Shown here: positions 56,180-64,000 of the stretch, in pieces | How the letters are laid out: each line of letters starts with the position of its first letter | Position numbering within the stretch: position 1 is the stretch's first letter | From: Candidatus Bathyarchaeota archaeon | Lineage (GTDB): Archaea > Thermoproteota > Bathyarchaeia > TCS64 | Assembly: GCA_963771885.1 (NCBI GenBank) | Contig: CAVYVF010000023.1 | Location: 192,001-256,000 of the forward strand | DNA: 64,000 nt | Direction: 5' to 3' | Program-made: the position numbers and the translations under genes | Notes under the pieces: generated by a model | Seen by the model: only the letters and a program-made list of their open reading frames with translations | Told to the model about the DNA's origin: nothing | Databases searched by the model: none

Positions 56180-56759
56180 CAAGGAGACGCTTGAGCACAT
56201 AACGAACCAGCTCGTCGAGATGAAGAACACATCCGAGCTGGCTATCGACCTCTCCTACTCGGCGCTGCTCCTGAACAACGCCTTCCTAGCCGAGGAAGTC
56301 CAGCTGCTCCATGCCAAGATTGAGAACATGAACGTCGACTTCGAGCAGCTCCTACTGAGTTGCCCGCTGAGCGGCGAGGACTCCCGGGGTCTCGTAAGCC
56401 TCATCAGGATGGGGATAGCTGCGGAGAGGATCTCACTCGCGGCGTCGAAGATCGCCCAGGTGGTGCTGCGCGGCATCGAGCCACATCCTGTGTTGAAGAT
56501 GGTGATACAGGCTGCGGACGAGACCGTCGACCGCATAGTGGTCCCCGAGGAGTCGCCGCTCATCGGGAGGACGCTGAAGGACGCCCAGCTCCCCGAGGAG
56601 ACGGGGTGGTGGGTTCTCGTCATAAAGAGGGGGGACCGCTGGGTGCGCCCGAAGGCCTCGACGGTCGTCGAGTTGGGGGACCTTCTCGTCGCCTCAGGTT
56701 ACGCGGATGGTGAGGAGGACTTCAAGCAGGTGGTCTCCGGCGCTAGGTACCACAGCTAG
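56172..56759 (+). CDS. PhoU plus TrkA-C (RCK_C) domain protein, second paralogue
   Basis: EMKNTSELAIDLSYSA, VLVIKRG, GDLLVASG. Confidence 0.82.
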   Translation: MSDKETLEHITNQLVEMKNTSELAIDLSYSALLLNNAFLAEEVQLLHAKIENMNVDFEQLLLSCPLSGEDSRGLVSLIRMGIAAERISLAASKIAQVVLRGIEPHPVLKMVIQAADETVDRIVVPEESPLIGRTLKDAQLPEETGWWVLVIKRGDRWVRPKASTVVELGDLLVASGYADGEEDFKQVVSGARYHS

Positions 56760-56805
56760 GTCCCCGGACGTTTTGGGAAATAGCATCGATCTGCACTTTT
56801 TTTGA

Positions 56806-58089
56806 GTGGATCCTCTAGAAACCCTTAAACCGGATGTGTGCCCCGCCGATAGATTAGGAACACAGGGTGAAGGGAGGTGGCCTGCTGCGACGAGGACGGA
56901 GACGGGGACAAAGCGATTCGCACTGGCTACGGGGCAGGCGCTCTTCTCCCTTCTGTTTAACTTCACCGGCTTATTCGCGGGGGGTCTAGTCGCCTCTAGC
57001 CTTGGCCTCTTCGACAGGATACCCTGGGCGCTCGTCATCTATCCGGGTATTCTCAGTATAAGAGGGGCGATCGGCGGCCTCTACTCGGGGCGTCTCAGCA
57101 CAGCGCTCCATCTGGGCACGATAAAGCCGAGGCTCTTCGGCAACACGGAGGAGGCGTACGTCCTCTTCAATACGGTCAACACGTTGACGCTTGTGAGCGC
57201 CCTTCTTATGGGGTCGTTCGGATCGCTGGTCGGCGTCGTCGTGACTGGGACGTCTCTCGCTGAGTTCCCGGTGATCATGTCGGTCATCGTCGCCTCGATG
57301 GGGCTTAGCATACTCGTAATCGCCCCGCTCACCTTCTGGGTCTCCGTTATCTCCTACAAGAGGGGGCTCGACCCGGATGTCCTCGTCTACCCCGTCGTCT
57401 CGACGCTGGCTGACCTGATAATCACCGGGCTCTACATCGGCGTCCTATCCCTTGTCGCATACGCGCCGGGGAGGAGCCTGCTCATCCTCAATATCATCAA
57501 CCTCGTCTTCGTTGCTGCCATCTTGTTCTCGGTGAGGAAGATATACAGGAATAGGGAGTTCGTCACGACCGTTAAGGAGTTCATGTTGACGCTCGCGATA
57601 GTGACGGTCATCGTCAATATCACGGGGACGGCGCTGAACAGGATTACCGAGGTAATCGGTAGGAGGCCGGAGGTTTTCATGATCTATCCTGCCCTCATCG
57701 ACACCGTAGGGGACGTCGGGTCGATTATAGGGTCGACGGCGACGACGAAGATGGCGCTCGGCGTGATGGCGACGGAGTTCAAGGCGATCATCTCCCACTG
57801 GGTCGAGATCGGGAGCGCCTGGGCGGCGTCCCTGATTATGTTCGTGTTATACGCCTTGACCAGTAGCGCCGTCTACGGGATCTGGATGTTCCCCGGCCTC
57901 CTCGCCGAGGCGCTGACCACAAATCTCCTCGTCGTGCCAATCATAATCGTGATCAGCTTCGCAACGGCGATAATCACACGTAGGAGGGGGCTTGACCCGG
58001 ATAACTTCATTATACCTATCGAGACGAGCATAAGCGACGGCTTGACGACCATAGGGCTTCTGGTCGCGATCACAATCATCCTGCACTGA
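56806..58089 (+). CDS. MgtE-type (SLC41-like) divalent cation transporter with a duplicated membrane domain
   Basis: RLSTALHLG, RGLDPDVL.YP..STLAD and RGLDPDNF..P..TSISD repeats. Confidence 0.85.
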   Translation: MDPLETLKPDVCPADRLGTQGEGRWPAATRTETGTKRFALATGQALFSLLFNFTGLFAGGLVASSLGLFDRIPWALVIYPGILSIRGAIGGLYSGRLSTALHLGTIKPRLFGNTEEAYVLFNTVNTLTLVSALLMGSFGSLVGVVVTGTSLAEFPVIMSVIVASMGLSILVIAPLTFWVSVISYKRGLDPDVLVYPVVSTLADLIITGLYIGVLSLVAYAPGRSLLILNIINLVFVAAILFSVRKIYRNREFVTTVKEFMLTLAIVTVIVNITGTALNRITEVIGRRPEVFMIYPALIDTVGDVGSIIGSTATTKMALGVMATEFKAIISHWVEIGSAWAASLIMFVLYALTSSAVYGIWMFPGLLAEALTTNLLVVPIIIVISFATAIITRRRGLDPDNFIIPIETSISDGLTTIGLLVAITIILH

Positions 58090-58156
58090 TCAGCCTCCCT
58101 CAGGCTTTGGAGGGGGTGATAAAGGGCATGTGTTTGTTACTGTTGACGCGCGCGAA

Positions 58157-58720
58157 TTAGCGCTCGGGCCTAGTCACGAGAATGGTACCATTTGCATATT
58201 TGGCAGGCGCCTCGTACCCGCCGCCTTGGACGGGGAGCATGTTCTGGTCGTGCCTCCGCATGCGCTCGATCTTCTTTACGTAGGCTGTCTCCAGCCCGTC
58301 CTGCGAGCCAACGATCATCGGCTTGTCCCTCCAATGGGGTAGCTCCTGACTCTTGGTGAGCTTAACGAGGGGGGTGGGGATTCACTTCAGGGCACCCCCT
58401 GCCTGCTTAGCAGGGGTCACCGTGGACTTCGCAGCCTTCCGCAACCCCTCTTTAGAGGGGTTAATACCCCCTCCCTAGAGGGGGGGGGGTGGGGTGGGCT
58501 AGGGGTGCCTTTTTCTTAGGGGTGGGGGGTGGGTGATTCGCAGTTTGCTTACCTATACTAGGCTTAACAAGGGGTGCAGGGACGTGGGGCTGCGTATCAG
58601 ACCCCTCATAGGCCCCCCCTCCCTCCCTCATCCATGGACCCCTCCCCTACCTCCTCATCACCCTCATCGTCTTCCATGACATTAGAGACATCCAGCCCTG
58701 CCTTGCTAAGAATCTCCGGA
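58157..58720 (-). pseudogene. Decayed gene remnant, copy 1 of a tandem pair (possible mobile-element protein C-terminus)
   Basis: Manual translation VKLTKSQELPHWRDKPMIVGSQDGLETAYVKKIERMRRHDQNMLPVQGGGYEAPAKYANGTILV aligns with ORF 59010..59228; the upstream part is frameshifted in G/C tracts. Confidence 0.6.
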
Positions 58721-59810
58721 TACCCCCCCTCCATCAAGGTCACCCACCCAGTCTGGGATTTGATCAGTTGGGTACTGGCTTGCTAGCGCTGAGGCCGTAT
58801 CACAATCGCCTTCGCAACCATCTTACCCATGGCTTTCTGGGGTGGGTGTGGGTGGGGTATTTTCACCCCCATCGGACCCCACCCTATCCACTGGCTCAGA
58901 TAAGGCACCACCTGATTTTTTGGGTCGATTAGGGGGTAGTTTGAGGGGTGGGTAATGGTGCCATTGTTTTGTTAAGGAAAGGTACCATTGTTAACATTCT
59001 TGCATTAGGTCATTGTTTCAGAGAGATGCGCGTGACGCCAAAAACGGTACCATTTGCATCCTTGGCGAGCACCCCGTACCCACCGCTCTCCATGGGGATC
59101 AGGCTGGGGTCGTGCCTCTGCATGCGCTCAACCTCCTGCAGGATAGCCGTCTCCAAGCCATCATGAGAGCCTACAATCTCCGGCATCTCCTTCCTCCGAG
59201 GCAGCTCGTGACCCTTGGTGAGCTTCACAGGAGGGAGGGGATAGACTTCAGAGGCTGTGTCACGGCTTCCTTCGAAGCCTTCTTCAGACTCTCCTTAGAG
59301 GGATTTACTGCAGGGGAGACGTCACTAGGTGACGGTGAGGTGACAGAGAGGTGAGGGTGACCCCCCTTTTTCTTGGGGGTGACGGGTGAGTGATTTTCCG
59401 TTTGCTTACTACTACTAGGCTTAGCAGAGGGTGTAGGCACGTGCTCCTGCACATCAGGCTCATTCACGTCACTCACCTCACTACCCTCTAGTGACGTCTC
59501 CCCTCTCTCCTCGTCACCCTCTCCCCCCTCTGCATCCATGGCACCAGGGACGTAGATGCCAGCGTTGTTCAGAATCTGTGACCTTGCCGCCCTTGATGTT
59601 CCCCCGGGGGACTTGTTCTGGGGAAGCTAGCTTCTAATTTACGCGATTACCTTATGCTGTTTCTGAACGAACCTAATACGCGCGCCCGGGGGTACTTGTT
59701 CCTCGCGCAGATCGAGTTGTCCCCTAGGAGGTCTTCAACGCGGGAATATAAGCGGTTAAACAACGGTACCAATATCAAGGGTTGTTAAGAATATGAGAAA
59801 AGGTACCATT
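58181..59810. repeat. Six copies of the near-palindrome AA(T/A/C)GGT(A/G)CCA(T/A)T
   Basis: At 58181 (perfect AATGGTACCATT), 58954, 58978, 59043, 59762 and 59799. Confidence 0.75.
59010..59580 (-). pseudogene. Decayed gene remnant, copy 2 of the tandem pair
   Basis: ORFs 59225..59539 and 59010..59228 join by a frameshift; homologous to copy 1 (KPS..KQT.NH.P.TPKKK, NPSKE.L.KA.K, VKLTK..ELP). Confidence 0.6.
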
Positions 59811-59856
59811 AATCTTTGGAGGAGCCGCGCGCGAGAGGCTGTAACGAGAGACCGGC

Positions 59857-61173
59857 CTAGTAGGCGGATTTTCTTCGGGGGGTGTAGCGTCGGCCGGCGG
59901 GGGCCCGGTTTGCGTCAGTGTTGGGGCGGCGCCTGTTCTGGTGGTTCTTGTAGCACTGTGGGCAGTAGACAGGAGTGTTTGGGGGCGGGGTGAAGGCGGG
60001 GGTGAAGTGTTTTCCGCATTTGGCGCACTCGGCCTCGGGGGGTGCCTCGGCGGGAGTGATCTCCATACCGAGGGGGTCTATGCGGGTCTTGGTCATGGCC
60101 ATGATCTGTCTGAGGTCCTTGAGCTCGTCTGGTGAGACGAGGCTTATGGCGGTGCCTGTGGCCATCATACGGGCGGTTCTGCCGATGCGGTGGAAGTAGT
60201 TGGCGGGGTCCTCGGGGATGTTGTGGTTTATGATGTGGGTGACGTCGTGGATGTCGAGGCCACGGGCTGCGACGTCGGTTGCGACTAGTATGCGTAGCTT
60301 TCCTGCGCGGAACTGCTCTGTGACGTTGTCTCGCTGGGGCTGTGTGAGGCCGCCGTGGAGCGGCTTGGCGTCGTATCTGCGGTCCTTGAGCATCTTCGCG
60401 AGTCGCTGGGCGCCACGCTGGGTGCGGGCGAAGACTATGGCGCGTTCGACGCGCTCGGTGTCGAGTATCTTTGTGAGTGCCTGGAACTTGTCGCGTGGCT
60501 CTACTTGGATGTAGAACTGCTTGATCTGGACGACGGCGATCTCGTCGCGGCTGACGAGTAGCTTGAGTGGGTGGTGCATGAACTCCTTGCTGAGCTGGGT
60601 GGCGTTGGCGTCGATTGTGGCGCTGAAGAGGCTCATCTGCTTGTCCTTGGGGGTGTTGCTGAGGATTCTCTTGATGTCGGGGATGAAGCCCATGTCGAGC
60701 ATCCTGTCGGCCTCGTCGAGGACGACTATCTTGATGTTTCGTAGGGTGAGTGTGCCCTGTTGTAGATGGTCGAGTATTCTGCCGGGGGTGCCGACGACTA
60801 TGTGTGTGCCCTGCTTGAGGGCCTTTACCTGGCGCTGGATGGGTTCGCCGCCGTAGATGGCGGTGGTGTTGATTCCCTTATGTGCCGCGAGGGCGTTGAG
60901 GTGGTCTGCGATCTGGACGGCGAGCTCCCGGGTGGGGGCTAGTACTAGTCCCTGGACGGTCTTGAGGTAGGGGTCGACGCGCTCTATCATGGGTATACCG
61001 AATGCGGCGGTCTTGCCGGTTCCGGTCTGTGCCTGTCCGAGGACGTCCCTGCCGTCGAGGAGGGGGCCCATGGCCTCGGCTTGTATGGGTGTGGGGTTCT
61101 CCCAGCCCATGTCCGCGATTGCCTTCATGACTGGTGGGCTGAGGTGTAGTTGATCAAACGTGGTTATCTGCAT
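59857..61173 (-). CDS. DEAD-box RNA helicase with C-terminal CxxC-x17-CxxC zinc ribbon
   Basis: Q motif, AQTGTGKT, PTRELA, DEAD, SAT, HRIGRTAR, CAKC...CPQC; ATG at 61173. Confidence 0.95.
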   Translation of the reverse strand: MQITTFDQLHLSPPVMKAIADMGWENPTPIQAEAMGPLLDGRDVLGQAQTGTGKTAAFGIPMIERVDPYLKTVQGLVLAPTRELAVQIADHLNALAAHKGINTTAIYGGEPIQRQVKALKQGTHIVVGTPGRILDHLQQGTLTLRNIKIVVLDEADRMLDMGFIPDIKRILSNTPKDKQMSLFSATIDANATQLSKEFMHHPLKLLVSRDEIAVVQIKQFYIQVEPRDKFQALTKILDTERVERAIVFARTQRGAQRLAKMLKDRRYDAKPLHGGLTQPQRDNVTEQFRAGKLRILVATDVAARGLDIHDVTHIINHNIPEDPANYFHRIGRTARMMATGTAISLVSPDELKDLRQIMAMTKTRIDPLGMEITPAEAPPEAECAKCGKHFTPAFTPPPNTPVYCPQCYKNHQNRRRPNTDANRAPAGRRYTPRRKSAY

Positions 61174-61451
61174 GTTTTGGTCTCCTTTGTCACTGGAATT
61201 CGGCTTGTAGTTGTCGTCGGTGCCTCTTGGGCTTCGAGCCAAAACATGCGGGATTCTCTTGTGACTGGGGAATGGGTCAGGTTGCGGGTTAAAAGGGTTT
61301 ACTTTTATTAACGAGTTGGCGTGCGCATAGAATCCGCGGAGAAATTGGTTAAGATTACGATTTCTTACGGCTAATATGTATTTTCTATTCACAATGATTA
61401 TGATGGGTGAAAACAAGATAGTTTAGGATTCGTGGTTAATGAGGGGTAGGA

Positions 61452-61727
61452 TTGTCTGGTTCGATAGCGGTTCAGATCATCGGGGTCTTTTTCGGCTTAT
61501 TCGCAATGATCGTGGCAGTCGTCCTGTGGTTTACGAGAAAGATATCTAAGGATAAAGTCGACGCTGAGGTGAGGAAGAAGAAGCTGGAGGTTTATGACAA
61601 GCACTTCGGCGAGATGGTTAGAGTCGAATGCCCCTACTGCAAGACCCTTTACCCGGTGGATAAGGAAGTGTGCCCCAACTGTGGCGCCCAAACCCAGAAC
61701 ATCCGGTATCCGAACCTACCCGAGTGA
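61452..61727 (+). CDS. Small membrane-anchored zinc-ribbon protein
   Basis: N-terminal TM, CPYC-x9-CPNC. Confidence 0.7.
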   Translation: MSGSIAVQIIGVFFGLFAMIVAVVLWFTRKISKDKVDAEVRKKKLEVYDKHFGEMVRVECPYCKTLYPVDKEVCPNCGAQTQNIRYPNLPE

Positions 61728-61736
61728 TCTCGGCGA

Positions 61737-62543
61737 TTATTCACCCCGAAGTTTTAGGTCATAAAATTCTACAGCATTCCTAGAGGTTGTATCTATTACC
61801 TCCTCCACCGAGATTTTCTTTATCTCCGCAATCTTTTCAGCGACCTCTCGAACGTGCGTAGGGTCGTTCCGCTTATCCCTGTCAAGAGTTGGGTGAAGCC
61901 ACGGAGCATCAGTCTCAAGCATAAGCCTCTCGAGCGGCGTGTCACGCACGACCTTCTGGTAGGTCTTGCTGTGCAGCACGATGGCGTTCGTAGAGATGTA
62001 ATACCCGAGCCCGATTGCCTCCTCGACGAGTCGCCTGCACCCAAACATATGAAGATGCACTCTACGAGCGTCGCTCATCCTCAAAATCTTGAAGGCATCG
62101 TCAAAGACGTCAGACTCATCTCTCCCATTCCGTAAGTGAACGACTATTGGTAGACTCAACTCTTTACCCAGATCTATGAATCTGACAAATAGCTGCCTCT
62201 GCTGCTCCCTCTGAGCCGCATCCTGAATGTATGCGTAATCTAGACCCGTCTCTCCGACTCCGACCAATCTATGTCTATTTTCCCTGAGCTTGTTGACGGC
62301 TTCGTTGACCTCATCATCAGAAAATGTTCCCACGTATTCCGGGTGAATACCCGCTACCGCGAAGAGAAAACCCTGATTTTTATTAACCATATCGAAGGTG
62401 ACATCATAGTAACGAGGATCAGGGGCGTCGGTGATGACAGCAGACATTTTCCTCCTCAATTGTGTTATTAGATCTTCCCTGTCTTCATCGTATATTTGCT
62501 GTTCAAGGTGGCAATGAGTGTCTATCAAATTGAGAGCCTCCAT
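61737..62543 (-). CDS. tatD: TatD family metallo-hydrolase/DNase
   Basis: DTHCH, GIHP, GETGLD, LETDAP. Confidence 0.93.
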   Translation of the reverse strand: MEALNLIDTHCHLEQQIYDEDREDLITQLRRKMSAVITDAPDPRYYDVTFDMVNKNQGFLFAVAGIHPEYVGTFSDDEVNEAVNKLRENRHRLVGVGETGLDYAYIQDAAQREQQRQLFVRFIDLGKELSLPIVVHLRNGRDESDVFDDAFKILRMSDARRVHLHMFGCRRLVEEAIGLGYYISTNAIVLHSKTYQKVVRDTPLERLMLETDAPWLHPTLDRDKRNDPTHVREVAEKIAEIKKISVEEVIDTTSRNAVEFYDLKLRGE

Positions 62544-62609
62544 TAGATTATCCGTATTTTTCTATTCCTATGAAGGGGGGAGTAATAGGAATCTCTTTCT
62601 ATTGATAGC

Positions 62610-62860
62610 ATGCTCGACGGATTCATAGCCTACGATGGTGTAAATAACGCCTTTAACCTCGCCTACGAGATGTTAGGCTGGAAGGTACATCGTGCCCTCA
62701 TCAAGGCACACCTTGAGCCCTGTCTCGGCTTTCTGCATGTTAGCACTCAACATGGCACGATGAGTCTTGTATGCGATTTTCAGGAACTGTACCGAGCCTA
62801 CATCGACGACTGGGTTATCAGTTATTTACAAGGCGTGTCCAAGCGCGATTTCACTACAAA
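62610..62860 (+). pseudogene. cas1: Cas1 (solo/casposase-like) C-terminal catalytic-domain fragment
   Basis: AYDGVNNAFNLAY...LEPCLGFLH....SLVCDFQELYR..IDD matches the Cas1 pattern D..N..LN..Y / GFLH / SL..D..E..R; the N-terminal domain is absent. Confidence 0.75.
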
Positions 62861-63072
62861 GCGCGCGCGACTTCGCTTTGGAGCCGGCGTCTCTGTCGAG
62901 TTAGCTCTGGGAGCTGGTTTGCGGTCTCGGTTTTTAGGTGTTCTCGGTAGCGTATGTTTCTCACTGCGGCTTCGGTTCTGCCGAGTCTCTCAGCGATCTC
63001 TCTGTTCGTTAAACCCTCAGAGACGTAGCTATTAATCTGCTCTTTTTCTGACCCGACGAGCCTTCTGCCCAT
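62854..63072 (-). CDS. Small helix-turn-helix protein, possibly 3'-truncated
   Basis: EGLTNREIAERLGRTEAAVRNIRYR HTH followed by a coiled-coil-like tail. Confidence 0.65.
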   Translation of the reverse strand: MGRRLVGSEKEQINSYVSEGLTNREIAERLGRTEAAVRNIRYREHLKTETANQLPELTRQRRRLQSEVARAL

Positions 63073-63247
63073 ATATTCTCAATATTATCTCAATATCGTC
63101 TTAAATAAGTCTTATTTCTGTCTCAAACGTCCAAATATTTAGTAAATATATATGTAATATGTAATAACATGTAGCTTTCTGAAATTGAGATGAAAATAAG
63201 ATAGTCGAAATAGAAGATTTTTTCAGATAGTTCTCAAACTTCTATCC

Positions 63248-64000
63248 ATGGATAAGAAGGGTATTCTCTGTATCCTTCTTCTCGCACTCGCCTTAGAGAT
63301 ACCTGGTGTATATGGATGGGAGATAGATCTAACCTCCACTTCGACCCTTATCCACGACGGAGACTCTTTTCATATCATCAACGATGAAGTACGCCTAGCC
63401 GACATAAACGCACCCGCATGGAACGCAACTGGGGGACCAGAGGCAACAAGCGCATTAACTAGTCTAATATCGGGGGAAATCCTCTACATCGACACCGACC
63501 AGAAAGGCGGCAGAGATCCCTATGAGAGATTGGTTGTAGTTGTCTACGTAGAATACAACTCTACGCACTACCTGAATGTCAATAAAAGACTCCTGATACT
63601 CGATGTGGTTGACCTATGGGACTTCTCAGATAATGAGTTTGATCCAGCTACTTGGACAGAATATGTTCCTAAAACTCAGAAATACTTTCTTACTATCATA
63701 ACCCCGCAAGGATCGGGGGTAACAAACCCACCTATCGGAAAGTGGGACTATAAAGCCGGAACCATTGTGCCAATGACCGCCACCCCCAACACGAACTACA
63801 TTTTTGACCACTGGATCATAGACGGCGCAAACGGCGGCACATCCTCATCGATATCAATCACAATGAATCAAGCACATCAAGTACAAGCGGTTTTCAGACT
63901 AATCTCCAGTCCCCCACCGACTACATACACTTTACAAATACAGCCACCAGAGGGAGAAGGGACAACTAGCCCGAGCCAAAACACATACTCATACGAAGCA
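63248..64000 (+). CDS. Secreted thermonuclease (SNase-like) domain protein with C-terminal beta-repeat domains; runs off the window
   Basis: Manual translation, open for 251 codons: signal peptide, HDGDSF, VRLADINAP, RDPYERLV, then YFLTI...GSGVTNP..G...Y..G..V..TATP...Y.FDHW repeat unit. Not in the ORF track. Confidence 0.8.
   Translation, partial: MDKKGILCILLLALALEIPGVYGWEIDLTSTSTLIHDGDSFHIINDEVRLADINAPAWNATGGPEATSALTSLISGEILYIDTDQKGGRDPYERLVVVVYVEYNSTHYLNVNKRLLILDVVDLWDFSDNEFDPATWTEYVPKTQKYFLTIITPQGSGVTNPPIGKWDYKAGTIVPMTATPNTNYIFDHWIIDGANGGTSSSISITMNQAHQVQAVFRLISSPPPTTYTLQIQPPEGEGTTSPSQNTYSYEA

Noticed and set aside
58136..59845. Terminal inverted repeats (GTTAC..CGCGCGCG..AATGGTACC mirrored at both ends of the island)
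   Set aside because: Only short words match with unequal spacing, two are self-palindromic, and the right-hand set extends beyond the candidate target duplication. Too weak to call TIRs.
59857..61416. 80-aa N-terminal extension on the DEAD-box helicase, and similar extensions on ORFs 22168..24042, 25601..27415, 49692..50492 and 12163..12813
   Set aside because: The extensions are non-homologous read-through of promoter DNA or overlap neighbouring genes. Internal starts fit family lengths and stop/start coupling.
62860..63035. C-terminal half of ORF 62610..63035 as a Cas1 fusion domain
   Set aside because: It is the antisense of the HTH gene 62854..63072 and shows no protein-like signal.
92..63811. 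Numerous 60-275 aa ORFs antisense to or overlapping the called genes
   Set aside because: Shadow ORFs expected in GC-rich coding DNA, with no recognisable motifs.
58090..64000. CRISPR array associated with the Cas1 fragment
   Set aside because: No regularly spaced repeat-spacer units. The GGTACC motifs are only 12 bp and irregularly spaced.
1..64000. tRNA, rRNA or intact transposase/integrase genes
   Set aside because: None recognised on manual reading. A tRNAscan-SE/Infernal run would be needed to exclude small RNAs.

Overview
A 64 kb stretch of archaeal chromosome. It is GC-rich by eye, gene-dense and uses frequent TTG/GTG starts. The gene set suggests Ca. Bathyarchaeia, which is an inference. 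The left 27 kb is a molybdenum/tungsten-enzyme neighbourhood: a partial moaA divergent from tupABC, two convergent xanthine-dehydrogenase-family (Mo/FAD/2Fe-2S) operons with mocA and xdhC, a decayed DMSO-reductase-family fragment, and an AOR-family enzyme plus ferredoxin near pyk. The middle holds transport and housekeeping genes: MFS paralogues, lemA-htpX, alaX, a BlaI/BlaR-like pair divergent from an ABC transporter and surface-protein operon with a 26-bp inverted repeat between them, msrA, nikR, and PhoU/TrkA-C plus MgtE-type genes. The right end is accessory DNA. It has a ~1.7 kb insertion-like segment made of two diverged tandem gene remnants with six copies of an AAnGGTACCATT-like palindrome, followed by a lower-GC zone with an orphan Cas1 catalytic-domain fragment, an HTH gene and a secreted thermonuclease-repeat protein. 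About nine genes carry single-base frameshifts or missing starts, most simply explained as assembly indels. I saw no rRNA, tRNA or CRISPR array.
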